Counted from the stretch's first letter, positions 20,362 to 32,153 are shown. The stretch: DNA of 64,000 nt from Candidatus Marinacidobacterales bacterium (GCA_965224085.1 CBDCYI010000005.1:96001-160000), one strand, 5' to 3'. Program-made: numbers and translations. Notes: generated by a model from the sequence alone, not told the origin.

Positions 20362-21452
20362 GCTGCCTTGGTGCACAACTCCGATAGAGGCCGAGAGCTC
20401 GCTTGGCCCCGACTCCCATCATCCGATCATCTCGCTATCAGGCATCCCGAGCGCCGTCATGGTGTTGAGAATCTTGCACCCGATCCTTGCCTCGACTCTC
20501 TGTGCCGCCAACCCTCTCGCTCGCATCGCTGAGCCCACGATAGCCTTGTAGCGATGGAACGTTGTCTCGACTTTGCTCCGTTTGCTGTAGCCCGATTCTG
20601 TGTGCCACTTTCGTTTGCCGAGCCGAGCTTGTGCTGCAATGTTGCGATTGCGCTGTCGGCTGCTCGCCGGCCCCGATGCGAGCTGGGCGCCCTTGCGCGG
20701 CGGTATCAGCACCCTCGGCGAGCGATGAGCGCTGTGATTCTCGATTGCCTCATAGACGCCGCTGGCGTCGTATGCGGTGTCAGCTCTGGCCGATGAGATG
20801 GGACTGTCGCTCTGTCCGACAAGCGATGCAACCCGCGATGAATCGCGGGCTCTTTTGCTCGTCAGCTCGCCGGCGACGACTTCGCCAGTCTGCTCGTCGA
20901 CACACAGATGGAGCTTGCGATAGTCCCTGCTATTTGGTGCTCTGCGCAGCTGGCCGGCGTGGACAGCGAGACCGCTGCTGTCGAACAAGATGTGCAACGG
21001 CGTCTTCTGCTTGTCTTGGTAGAAGGGGACCTTACCCAGCTTCGCCTTGCGCCTCGAGATCGTGGTGTGATCGGGCACATCATTGTCTAGCTTCATCAGA
21101 GCGAACAACGATCGCAGCAATCCCTCGCTCTGCCTAGACGACAGATGAAACACCATGCCCAGGGTGACAGCCGTCTCGATGGCGTGGTTCGAGTACTTGC
21201 GTTGACGGCCCGGTTTCCTCCTCCTTGGCCGGGGCGCGTCCCAGTTCACAAGCTTGCCGGCGGTGAGCGAGATCCAGACGGTCAGGCTCCCGCGGTTGCG
21301 TAGACCCGCCTCATATTCACGCCAATTCCTCACGCGATAGGCCTTCTTCACATACTTCCGCTGAGTGCGTTTGAAAATGCTCATGGGGAACCTCGTATCC
21401 GCGAGTACAGGACAATTGTGGACCGAGATCGCGAGTTGTGCACCAAGGCACC
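20362..21452 (-). mobile_element. IS5-family (IS903-like group) element, copy A
   Basis: Terminal inverted repeats TGCCTTGGTGCACAACTC; near-identical inverted copy at 29801-30900; no target duplication. Confidence 0.92.
20419..21384 (-). CDS. IS5-family DDE transposase (intact)
   Basis: YRVRNWREYEAGLRNRGSLTVW, PDHTTISRR, DSSG, RKLH, ADTAYD, YSKRSKVET. Confidence 0.92.
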   Translation of the reverse strand: MSIFKRTQRKYVKKAYRVRNWREYEAGLRNRGSLTVWISLTAGKLVNWDAPRPRRRKPGRQRKYSNHAIETAVTLGMVFHLSSRQSEGLLRSLFALMKLDNDVPDHTTISRRKAKLGKVPFYQDKQKTPLHILFDSSGLAVHAGQLRRAPNSRDYRKLHLCVDEQTGEVVAGELTSKRARDSSRVASLVGQSDSPISSARADTAYDASGVYEAIENHSAHRSPRVLIPPRKGAQLASGPASSRQRNRNIAAQARLGKRKWHTESGYSKRSKVETTFHRYKAIVGSAMRARGLAAQRVEARIGCKILNTMTALGMPDSEMIG

Positions 21453-21880
21453 GCACCGACGCCAACGCGAAACTGGTTTTTCTGGTCGACAAGAACGGTC
21501 AGCAAATCGCCGCGCACGGCAATATCGACAATTTGGACACCACGTCATTGGCATCTCTCACTGCCGGCAATGTTGCGGCAACAGATGCTCTCGCCAAGCT
21601 CATCGGTGAAAAGGAATTCTCGGTGCTCTTTCACGAAGGTGAGAGAGACAATATCCATATTTCCATCGTTGGGCTGCGTGTCATTCTCGTGGTGATTTTC
21701 GACGAGCGCTCCTCTCTCGGCCTGGTTCGGCTGCGTGTCAAGAAGGCCGCGGTGGAGCTCAACGGCGTATTCGACAGCATCATGCAGAAGGTCGAAGCCG
21801 AGAAGTCTACAGGGGGGAGTTTCGAATCCCCATTCGCGGAGATTACCGACGAAGACATCGATAGCTTGTTCAGTGAGTGA
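21453..21880 (+). CDS. mglB: MglB roadblock GAP, 5'-truncated and in frame with IS-derived starts (21365/21377/21383)
   Basis: DANAKLVFLVDKNGQ, DTTSLASLTAGNVAA, LGLVRLRVKKA, SPFAEITDEDIDSLFSE match MglB; about 20 N-terminal residues are missing. Confidence 0.9.
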
Positions 21881-21889
21881 GGCCTGGCG

Positions 21890-22483
21890 ATGACATTCAT
21901 CAACTACGCCTCACGTGAAATCAACTGCAAGATCGTGTACTACGGTCCCGGCCTGTGCGGGAAGACCACCAATCTGCAATTCATTTACGAAAAGACGAAT
22001 CCGAACGCCAAAGGCAAGCTCATTTCGCTGGCGACGGAGACCGACCGCACGCTCTTTTTCGACTTTCTGCCTCTCGAGCTCGGAAACGTGCGCGGTTTCA
22101 AGACACGATTCCACCTCTATACGGTGCCCGGGCAAGTGTTCTACGACGCTTCCCGAAAGCTCATCCTAAAGGGCGTGGATGGTGTCATCTTCGTTGCCGA
22201 TTCCCAGCGCGAGCGCATGGACGCGAATGTGGAGAGCCTCCGAAACCTCGAGCAGAACTTGAAGGCTCAAGGCTACGAGATTCGAAGCCTGCCTTACGTC
22301 CTTCAGCTGAACAAACGCGACTTGCCGAGTGCGCTTCCTGTCGAGGAGATGAAAGCGAAGCTGGGCCTCAACAACGAGCCCGTGCTCGAGGCAATTGCAG
22401 CCTCGGATGAGGGGATCGGCGTCTTCGACACGCTCAAAGCCGTCGCCAAGCTCGTCTTGCAGGACTTGACCAAGACGACGTAA
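21890..22483 (+). CDS. mglA: Ras-like small GTPase MglA
   Basis: [34 protein letters not shown]. Confidence 0.96.
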   Translation: MTFINYASREINCKIVYYGPGLCGKTTNLQFIYEKTNPNAKGKLISLATETDRTLFFDFLPLELGNVRGFKTRFHLYTVPGQVFYDASRKLILKGVDGVIFVADSQRERMDANVESLRNLEQNLKAQGYEIRSLPYVLQLNKRDLPSALPVEEMKAKLGLNNEPVLEAIAASDEGIGVFDTLKAVAKLVLQDLTKTT

Positions 22484-22515
22484 GTTAGACCCGTGCTATA
22501 ATCCCGGGCTTTCAT

Positions 22516-22591
22516 TCCCCGGTAGCTCAATTGGTGGAGCGACGGACTGTTAATCCGTAGGCTGTTGGTTCGAGTCCAACCCGGGGAGCCA
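22516..22591 (+). tRNA. tRNA-Asn (GTT)
   Basis: 76 nt; acceptor stem TCCCCGG/CCGGGGA, anticodon loop CTGTTAA, GGTTCGAGTCC T-arm, encoded CCA. Confidence 0.96.
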
Positions 22592-22706
22592 AGCCCTTCA
22601 CATGACGGTCGGTTGAAGGACATTGTCATTGGCAAACCATTGAAAAGAAGTGGTTTGTAACGGAATGTTGCCTACACCACCCTCGATTCTGGATCGCGGT
22701 CGGTTA

Positions 22707-25700
22707 TCAGAGGGTCAAGGCGGGATCGCCGAAGAGGTTGTAGACGCTCAGGAGCTCGGGGAAGGCTCCCGTTTCGGCGTAGGCTTGTTGGGCGGCGAGC
22801 ACCGCGTCGCCTAGACGCTCGTGCTTGCCTTCGAACTCCACGAGCTCGCGCAGAAGCGCTTGGTGGAACCGATGCGCCGGTGCGTTCAAGCTCAGACCGC
22901 TCGGGGAGAACGCTGCAATCGCTCCTTTGTCCGTTGCCTTCACGAGCTCTTCGCTTAGCGAGTCGAGCGTCGGCAGGTGGAAGAAGCCGTTCAGGCAGTT
23001 CATCGTGAGGAGTATCGGCTGTTGCGATTGAGGCGACAGCGATTCGACGTCCGTGTAGTTGAAGACGTTCTCCGAGGCCCATACCACGATCCCGCCGTGG
23101 CCGATGTAGCTCACGATGGACGCCCCAGCGTCGAAGCTTTGCAGGATCGCTGCGCGCGTCGCGGCGGTTCCGAGATCGCTCAGGAAGATCGTCTCGGTGG
23201 GCTTCGACGCTAGCACGCTACCCGCGAGAGTGTTCGCATCTGCTTCGAAGTCGCCGGCTCCGTCCGCGTTGTCCACAACCAACACGGCGGGTCCCGTCAA
23301 TGTCGCGTCGCCCCGCTCGTAGGCCAGGATCTTCGCCACCATTTGCTCCGCTTCGTCCACGGTGCTCGCCGCTAGACGGCCAAGCGCGAGGTCGGGCAGA
23401 AAGTCGTCGCCGTTCACGGCCGCATAGCCCGGGTCCGAGGCCGTCCACATGTACGTGGTCTTCACGATCAAAGGTGGCACTTGATTCGGGACGCCCGTCT
23501 CCATGTAGTCCTTGTAGTCATACGTCGCGTCTCCCAAGAGCACCACGTAGCGTAGCGACGGCTTGCGCCAGTTGTGGTACGCATAGCGCAGAAACTCCCG
23601 AAGAGCCTCGGGCGTCGACTCTCCGTAGCCGAACTCCGCGTAGACGTCCTCGATCGCCACCGACTTCACTTTGAGTCCTTGTTGGCGGCGGTGCTTGAGA
23701 AGTGGCGTTGCCGCGCCGAGGAAAGCTCGCGGGCCGACCAACAGATATTCGGCACGGTTCCTTCGGTTCTTCAAAGTCGTTGAGGGCACCTCGCGAACTT
23801 TGGGTCGGCGCACTGACGCAGCGCTCACCGCGTAGTAGCTTTCGCCAGATTCCGCTCGGAAGCGCGCGGTTCCCGAATCGCTTTGGACTCCCCTCAGCCA
23901 ACGCGGGTGCTCGCCGCTCAGCTCCAGCACGTGGACGTCCGGGCCCCAAACCGCTCACCGCCGCGACTCCCGATTCCTTCCACTCGCCTTGGAGCTCTCC
24001 GCTTTCCGCCATCGGCACGCGCGGGTAGCTCAATGCGAAGCGGTCGAGCATCACCATCGAATACGCCGCACCGGTATCGCCGACGTTCTCGACCTCGAGC
24101 CTATTCTCTCCTTCAACGAGCACACCTGGCAGGAGCTCCACATCGATACGCCGCGAGCCTTTCCCGTCCCAGCTCGACTCGCCCACTAAGCTTCCATTCA
24201 CGTACACCCGCACGTGGTGGTCCGGATCTGCCTCGAAGTCACTCACACCCTGGAGCCATACGCTCAGGCTCGAGATTTGGGTCGTCGACGCGAGCGCGCT
24301 CACTTCGAACGGGTAGCTCTTCGTCACCGGTGCAAACAGCAGGTCCCACAGCCATCGGTCGGGAGCCTCCATAAGGGCGGCCTGGTAATAGCGATTTTGC
24401 TCTTGCTCCACGTGCTTCATGTAAAACGTCGTTGGCTCGCCGGACGGCGCTGCCGCGCTGTCGGGCATCATCGTGCCCTTGCTGCCCACTTCGAGCTCGT
24501 ATACCGCCTCGTTGCCGTACGGGTTTAGCGAGGCGCCTTCGCTCATGAAATACAGCGTCGAGCCTGGTTGGAAGCGCGGTCGGTTGGGCTCCAAATGGAA
24601 CGCCACCGCTTTACCTTGACGGCTCAGGCTCAGCGAGCGAGCGGGAACACTGCGGCTTCCGCTGAGCACGTCTTCGTAGCGCACTGCGTAGAGACCTTGC
24701 TCCGTCGTTACGAGCCGTTTCGCCACGCTTCTTTCGTCGTGGCTTCTTCGCCTTCGGTAGCGGCGGCCTCGTCGTCCGCGTGTGGCTTCTTCGGAAGGAT
24801 CCGGCGTCCGGAACGACATGCGCACTACGAGACGACGTGCAAGGAGCAGCTGACCTCGCGCCGCATCCCAGCGTAGCGGCGCCAGCTCTACGAGAGCTTT
24901 TTTCACCTCGCCCTGAAAGCCAACGTCCAAAAGACGCGCCGCGCTCGACGGGCTCAGTCCTTCCCCTCGAAACGCTTTCCGCGCTCGGCGGTTCACCGCG
25001 CGCACCGTGCCATCGTACGACGCCACCACCTCGGGTATCGCCGCTTGCGATGGACGCAAGCTCGTAAACGCTTCGACCTCGGTCGCTTTCACCGACAAAA
25101 GCTCTACTTTACGGCCCGCGATCGCCTCCACCCAATGACGCTTCACCGGAAGCGCCGGGGCGTCCGCTTCTCCAAGCTCAACGAAGCCCGGGATGCTCAG
25201 ACGCACCGAGCCGTCTTCTTGCGGCAGCGCGTAGAAGCCGTTGGTCTCGAGCTCAATCTGGATCTGGTCACGGCCTCGTGGCGTCACGCGCCACATGCTC
25301 GACGAGGGCTCGCCATACGTAATGAGCGCGTCCTCGGACTCGGACGCAGGGGGAGCCCCCTCGTCGGGCTCGTCGGGCGAAGACGTCACTCCCGCGCCGG
25401 GCGTCGCCGAGACCGGTCCGTGCTTCTCGGTCTGTCCCGTCGTCTCGATGTCTTCCAACTGGTAGTAGTAGGTCGTCCCGTTCACGAGGCCCGCGTCGCG
25501 GTAGCTGTAGCCCGCGCCTTCCGGCGAGGAGCCGAGACCGGGGATGAGCCTTTCCGTGAGCCGCTCCCACGGGCCGTCTTCGGAGACCGCGCGGTACAGG
25601 TGAAAGCCCAAGTTGTTCAGCTCCGAGCCGGTGCGCCACTCGAGGTCCACGGCGGCGTCGGCCGCTCGGGCGAGGAATGAGTGCAGCTCCACTGCCGTCG

Positions 25701-28167
25701 TGGCGAACTCGTCCGCGCCGATGTCCGGGTTGGTCGCGGGGCGAAGCCCCCGCTCGAAGTCGGTGATCACGGGCAAGTTGGGATCTTGATCCAGGTCGGC
25801 GCCGTTGACCCCCCAGAGCGTCGGGGAATCGTTCAACAGATGCAGATCCTCCAAACCATTGTTGATGTTCACGAAGTAGGTAGCGTACGCGGTTTGGCCG
25901 GTCGCGCTTCCCGCCCCCGGGGCTGTTCCGTCCGAGGAGACGTTGTTGCTGCTGCTGGCGTCGAAGGGCCCGAAGAAGCTCTCGTTGCCACCGGCCGCGT
26001 TCATATCGAGCACGAGGTTGTTCCTCGCGATGACGGTGCCGAGGCTATGCCGGATCCCCCGGGCGTTGGCCCCGCTGCCACCGGCGGGGTTGTTGAGCCT
26101 GAAGATCGTGTTGTTGTGGAGGTAGAAGGTGCTTCCCGCGTCGCTTGTCCTTACGCCGTAGACATCGTCGCCCCCTGCCGTGTCGCTCTCCGACAAGTCG
26201 TAGATGACCGAGTTGGACAGCTTGACGTTGCCGCCCCAGAGGTCGAGTCCCACGACATCGTGGTTCCCCCCGAACGTCCCACCGTGGAGGTCGTGCACGA
26301 TCAGGCTGTCGAACCGAACGTCCGTCATGCCGGCATCGACCTGGAACCCGCCGAGGCTACCTACGTTGGTGATACCCGCGCCATCGACCTCGATGCCCGT
26401 GAAGCGCACGTGCTCATCCAAAACGGCGATGACGTCCAGGTCTCCGCCTGGGGATGCGATCGGCGCGATGCGACAGCCGGTTCCCGCCTTTCCGTTGTGG
26501 CGTTGGGTGGCACCGACCTCGCCGATCGAGAACGGTGCATAAAGGTGGATGTACGTGCCCGCGCCGGTGGTGTAGCCGTCGATGGTCGCGGTGTCGTCGA
26601 TGGGGCCGTCTTCGTAGCAGGTCCAGTTGAGCTGGAAGCCGTTCCCGGAAGTGAGGTCCCAGGTGCCCAGGTGGTTGGCGTCAGAGCTCTGCGCCACGGC
26701 ATCGGAGACCAGGTTGAAGGCGCGGTAGATCTCGATGTCCGAGAGTCCGAAGTTGATGTCGACGTCGCCGGGCGTGCCGGTGGCCGCCGAGTCCTGGATC
26801 GTGAACTGGGTCGAGGACATGCGGCCGCTGATGTAGTACCGATCCGCCGTCCCGCCCGGTGAGCACCCTCCACAGGGGTCAAACCGAACCTCGTCACCCA
26901 CACCGATCCGGTTGGCGGCCGCGGCGCTCAGCGTCATCACGCCACCCGTTGCGGTGGCCGTGCCCGAGTGCAGCGCCGCGGTCTCGGTCCCGATTGAGTA
27001 GTACATCGGCGGCCTGAACTCCACCACGAACCAGCCCAGGTCCGCGGTGTCGTTGGCCACCCCTCGCTCCAGCAGGAGCTGGGTGGGGCTTACGATCTGC
27101 TGGGTGAAAAAGGAGTTCCCGGCAACGGTGTCGGCGATGCGGGGCGTCTTGCCTCCCCTCTGCCAGGCGCCTCCTGCGGCGATGGAGTACGCCAGGTTCA
27201 CCGCGGGGGTGATCGGCTCGGTCCTGCTGAACTCGCCGTTCGCGAAGTTGGCGTCGCCGCGCCGGACTGTCGTCCCGTCCGTGAACTCGACCAGGTACCA
27301 GGTGAGGTTTATGAAGTAGCCGGGGTCGGGCCCGGTGACATCGCGGTCGAAGTCGAGGGTCGTGGAGTTGGTGAGCCGACCTCGAACCATGCGTGGCCCG
27401 ATTTGAAAGTTTTGGCCGTTCGCGGAGTCGTAGGTGTAGAGGAGCCACGACTTCGTGGTGTCCACGGCGGTGATGGGCCCGACGGTCTGGGACAGGGACC
27501 CCGCTCCGAGATCCGGGAAGGTGACGTTCCCGCTCTGGACGCTGGCGCTGCCGTCGGTGTACTCGACCACCTGCCACGGGACCCTCGTACTTGCGGACCC
27601 TCGCTGCACAACCAGCCTGAGGTTCGTGGTGCTCGTCAGCTCCGCCCGCACAAATTCCTTGCGAGTGAAATTGAAAGTGCTGCCGATCTTTTGGCTGATC
27701 AGGGGGAAGGAGTTCGCCAGGGTGACCGGCGCGATGGGGACGTCGACAACATCGGGGGTGGGGGCCCCATCCGGAAGGTCGGCAAAGCCGCGCTGTACCG
27801 ACACGCCGGACGAGAACTCGACCACGTACCATTGGATGGTGATGGGGGTGGTGGTCGTGGGACTGGCTCGGCTGAACTCGAGGGTGGTGCCGCCGGTGAG
27901 GATCTCGCCTGCTATCAACACGTCCTGTGGGCGGCTCACGTCAAGGCTGCGGTAGTTGAAGACGAGAAAGGCGCGGGTATCGTCCACCGGTTGGAATTGG
28001 GGGGCCGTGACCTGGATAGATTGGGAGGGGGGCCCCCCACTGAGGACGACGGTACCGGACTGCACTGACCGCACACTCGCCGCCTCGGTCGACGGGACGA
28101 GAACGGCGGCGCCGACAAGCGCCAGACAGAGGAGACGCGCTCCGTGAATGAGGTGCCTCGGAATCAT
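22707..28167 (-). CDS. Giant secreted C25 (gingipain-family) cysteine peptidase, split by a 1-bp frameshift near 23940
   Basis: Signal peptide, four SVQxG...WxVVEF repeats, beta-helix, PDIGADE, TAVEL linker. C25 core in 22707-23930: LLGDA, ASD, LGRL, YIGHG, MNCLNG, LFGDP. Confidence 0.85.
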
Positions 28168-28558
28168 CGTCCGTTCTTTAGTCATCACAGCCGCCCGCCA
28201 TCGTCGGGTTTGCAAAGAACGCGCCAACGTCGTCGGTCGGACAATCTTGGTAAGTTAATGCATTTGAAAGAGTTGAGCGTGGTGAAACACGCGCGCGGAA
28301 GCGTCGTTGTGGGGAATATCCGGGCTCGACGATGGGGTTTCGCCTACATCCACCGATGCCGTGTTCGCGGGAACCTGCGCTAGCCGGGTCCATTCCTCCC
28401 GGGAACTGGTGAAAGGGAAGGCAGTCGCTTCCACTCCGCGGACGAAGCAGAAGATTTGTCTAGGTCGCGTCGGACATCCAATAGAGTGCTAAAAGGATCC
28501 GTAGCGCGTCCTGCGCGGTGTCCCCTCAGCCCCAATTGCAATCTAGAGCCACGAATCA

Positions 28559-28801
28559 TCAGTCCCTATCGATATCGTTCAAGATATTATGAATCGTGTC
28601 TGGCTGCGCGGCATAGTTGTGCGTCATGTTGGTCGTGAAGATTTCCTTTGCGGCCCGGTCGCCGGCGTCCTCGGAGGATAAGCCCTGGTTCGTAAGCGCA
28701 CGTACGCGGTCCCTCCATTTTCTAACCTGGGCAGGCGTTGGCTCGTCCTCAAAGAGGCCATACAGAATCCGAAGCTTGTGCTGCGCATCGCGAATGCTCA
28801 T
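28559..28801 (-). CDS. Hypothetical 80-aa protein
   Basis: ATG with upstream AGGAG; natural-looking composition; lies inside the islet. Confidence 0.55.
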   Translation of the reverse strand: MSIRDAQHKLRILYGLFEDEPTPAQVRKWRDRVRALTNQGLSSEDAGDRAAKEIFTTNMTHNYAAQPDTIHNILNDIDRD

Positions 28802-29062
28802 CCTTTTTCTCCTGTCGTCGCTTGTTTTTTGAATGCTGCATTACGACAACCTGATTTTTCAGATCGAGCGTAGGCATAGCGTAGTGAAATAAACGGCGAT
28901 TCTGGAGGAATTCTGGGGAATGCGCGGGCTGAATGCCAACGGTCGTTCCAACGCGGACCGTTTTATGGTGTTGGGAAATTTGTTGGGACTCAGGTGGCGA
29001 AACTCGGGTAAAAGCGGGGAATCAATCCCTGTTTTCAACAGGTTGCGGCTAATCCTCGTCCG

Positions 29063-29110
29063 GGACTGTTAATCCGTAGGCTGTTGGTTCGAGTCCAACC
29101 CGGGGAGCCA
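29063..29110 (+). repeat. att site, duplicate of the tRNA-Asn 3' end
   Basis: Identical to 22544-22591; flanked by an IHF-like TTTCAACAGGTTG (29033-29045) and TGTTGGGA x2 (28969, 28981). Confidence 0.9.
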
Positions 29111-29135
29111 CACCTTTCCCCGCTTCAGCGAGAGA

Positions 29136-29800
29136 TCAAGCCTTTAGGGCGAGTCCGTGTACGTTGCTCTCTCGTAGCTCCAGAATGCCCACCGAGAGAT
29201 GTCCGAGCACCGCGCGCGCGGTCTGCTCTTCGGTGAGTGGGCTCAATGCGAAAACGGAACGTACCGGTTCCATGCCGTTGATGCGCGAGAGGATGAACGC
29301 TTCCTGCGGTTTCATCGTCACGCGCTCCATGAGCACGAAGGAGTCTTTGGTGAGCGAGAGATGACGGTCATCCTCCAGAAGCGTTTTGAGATGATTGTCG
29401 ATCGAAGGCGTTCGGCGGGCGGCCTCCATGATGATATCGAGAATGGCGACGGGCTCGACCACGACTTGGGTCACGTCGGTCGTCTTCTTGAAGGCCATCT
29501 TTTTCGGAGGTTGGATCATCACGTTCGAAGAGATTTCGAGAATTTGCATCCGAACGAAATCCTCGACTTCTTCCGACTGGATGATGTTCAGCTCTACGAG
29601 CACTTCGCCGAGGCGTCTGCCCTTCCTGGCGAAAAGGGTCGCGTCTTTCAAGTGTTGCTCGGTAATCGAACCCTGGCGCACCATCACTTCGCCCAGCCGT
29701 TCCGAGTCGTCGGAAGAGCGCGCCGACACAACACCTCCTTCTCGAAACACCACGTGGCGCGTGACCGACTCTCCCTGGCACGTCAAGATACCGGTGCGTC
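29136..29800 (-). CDS. DUF4388-domain protein, 5'-truncated and in frame with an IS-derived start
   Basis: RRTGIL...VFREGGVVSARS..ERLGEVMV..G.IT, RLGEVLVE, IMEAARR. Confidence 0.8.
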
Positions 29801-30900
29801 GCTGCCTTGGTGCACAACTCGCGATCTCGGTCCACAATTGTCCTGTACTCGCGGATACGAGGTTCCCCATGAGCATTTTCAAACGCACTCAGCGGAAGTA
29901 TGTGAAGAAGGCCTATCGCGTGAGGAATTGGCGTGAATATTAGGCGGGTCTACGCAACCGCGGGAGCCTGACCGTCTGGATCTCGCTCACCGCCGGCAAG
30001 CTTGTCCACAATTGAACTGGGACGCGCCCCGGCCAAGGAGGAGGAAACCGGGCCGTCAACGCAAGTACTCGAACCACGCCATCGAGACGGCTGTCACCCT
30101 GGGCATGGTGTTTTCATCTGTCGTCTAGGCAGAGCGAGGGATTGCTGCGATCGTTGTTCGCTCTGATGAAGCTAGACAATGATGTGCCCGATCACACCAC
30201 GATCTCGAGGCGCAAGGCGAAGCTGGGTAAGGTCCCCTTCTACCAAGACAAGCAGAAGACGCCGTTGCACATCTTGATCGACAGCAGCGGTCTCGCTGTC
30301 CACGCCGGCCAGCTGCGCAGAGCACCAAATAGCAGGGACTATCGCAAGCTCCATCTGTGTGTCGACGAGCAGACTGGCGAAGTCGTCGCCGGCGAGCTGA
30401 CGAGCAAAAGAGCCCGCGATTCATCGCGGGTTGCATCGCTTGTCGGACAGAGCGACAGTCCCATCTCATCGGCCAGAGCTGACACCGCATACGACGCCAG
30501 CGGCGTCTATGAGGCAATCGAGAATCACAGCGCTCATCGCTCGCCGAGGGTGCTGATACCGCCGCGCAAGGGCGCCCAGCTCGCATCGGGGCCGGCGAGC
30601 AGCCGACAGCGCAATCGCAACATTGCAGCACAAGCTCGGCTCGGCAAACGAAAGTGGCACACAGAATCGGGCTACAGCAAACGGAGCAAAGTCGAGGCAA
30701 CGTTCCATCGCTACAAGGCTATCGTGGGCTCAGCGATGCGAGCGAGAGGGTTGGCGGCACAGAGAGTCGAGGCAAGGATCGGGTGCAAGATTCTCAACAC
30801 CATGACGGCGCTCGGGATGCCTGATAGCGAGATGATCGGATGATGGGAGTCGGGGCCAAGCGAGCTCTCGGCCTCTATCGGAGTTGTGCACCAAGGCAGC
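29801..30900 (+). mobile_element. IS5-family element copy B, transposase pseudogene (29869-30843)
   Basis: Same inverted repeats as copy A; GAG>TAG at 29941, 8-nt insertion at ~30006, extra T at ~30111. Confidence 0.92.
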
Positions 30901-31040
30901 TCACAGGCGCAAGATGAGTGTCTGTCGGGCTCGAATCGGACATTTTGACTTTCATCTCACCAAGTTGTTTTTGGATGCTCCTGTGTCGGCTCAAAGCGTA
31001 TAAGAAACAGTAGAGTATAATTAATTACCGAGGTGAGAGG

Positions 31041-31278
31041 ATGATCGAGAAATTCAAGAGCTACTGCATGAAGCTCGAAGCACTTCCCCATGACGCGCTC
31101 GTTCGGTCCGCCGAGAAGCTGGTTCTCGCGGAGAACACGAACATTGCCAAGCTCATTGCGCATCTCGCCGAGATGTCGGCGCGGAAGACCGCGCTCGAGC
31201 TCGGCTACAAGAGTCTCTACCAATACTGCATAAAGCACCTGAACTTGAGCGAGGGCGCCGTGCCAGCACGCATACAAG
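31041..31278 (+). pseudogene. N-terminal fragment of a DUF222/HNH-endonuclease-like protein
   Basis: LIAHLAEMSARKTALELGYKSLYQYCIKHLNLSEGA; similarity ends at a junction with the opposite-strand ParB-like gene. Confidence 0.6.
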
Positions 31279-32153
31279 ATGGGGTTGACGTCGATGCTGA
31301 CGGCGCGCTTGGAGGGCGCTCTGCGTTCCCAGGGGGCTTGGGGCGCTTTCGGATGGACGGCTCGAAAACAGGCTTCGGCCTCAATGTCACCACATACTCC
31401 TCGGTCTTCGTCTTCGGAGTGCTCGAGTACGGACTTCAAAATTCGCGCGGCGTCGAAGGACCGGCGGATGAGCGGTGGATCGGTTGCCAGAAGCAGCAGT
31501 CCGTGGAGAAGCCGCTCCGATTTCATGGCTTCGGCGCGGATGAGCGCGACGGCGACATGGTCGCGAAGCGGCCGTTCAGGCTGTTCCAAAAGGGAAAGCG
31601 TCGAGACGATCGTCTGAAGGCTCGACTCGAGCATGGAGCTCGCGGAGGCGCCGAGGGGCTGCTCCGACACACTGGAGGGCTGCGGGCCGCTGGTCCGGCG
31701 GTTGGCGGCTTCGGCCAGACGGCGCGCTTCGACATCGTCCACCTCGTGAACGAGGCAGGGCACCTCTTTCAGACCAGCATCGAGGGCAGCCGTTAGCCGT
31801 TTCGACCCCGCGAGCAGCTCATAGCGTCCGTGACGACGCCGAACTAGAAGCGGTTGGAGGATACCATAAGCTTGAATCGAATCTACGAGGCCGACGAGAC
31901 TTTCCGTGCTGGTCGTAGCCCCCTCGATCTCGCTCGCCGCCACGAGCCGGAGCTGCGGCATGCTTCCCGCGGCGACGAGCTCGTCGACAAAGTGTTCGTC
32001 GTGACGCATGCGGTAATCCTCAGGTAGTCCTTCTCTTTGGAATGAAGTTTCATTGGTGGACAACGTGGTACCCTCAAAGTATTCATCAATCCGCGACGTT
32101 TGGTCCGGATTGGTGGATTTGTTTTCGGGTTTGCGTCTCTCGATGTCGGACAA
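31279..32153 (-). pseudogene. ParB N-terminal-domain protein, 3' truncated
   Basis: LVDSIQAYGILQPLLVR...YELLAGSKRLTAALDAGLKEVPC; the C-terminus runs into the antisense strand of the HNH fragment. Confidence 0.7.

Larger units (their letters stand above)
22544..29110. mobile_element. tRNA-Asn-integrated genomic islet without an integrase
   Basis: Exact 48-bp direct repeat of the tRNA 3' end at 22544-22591 and 29063-29110. Confidence 0.85.

Noticed and set aside
29063-29110. Second tRNA-Asn gene
   Set aside because: Only the 3' 48 nt are present; the D-arm and 5' acceptor strand are absent, so this is an att repeat.
31041-31796. 251-aa plus-strand ORF as a full gene
   Set aside because: Only the first ~79 aa look real; the rest is antisense to the ParB-like gene.
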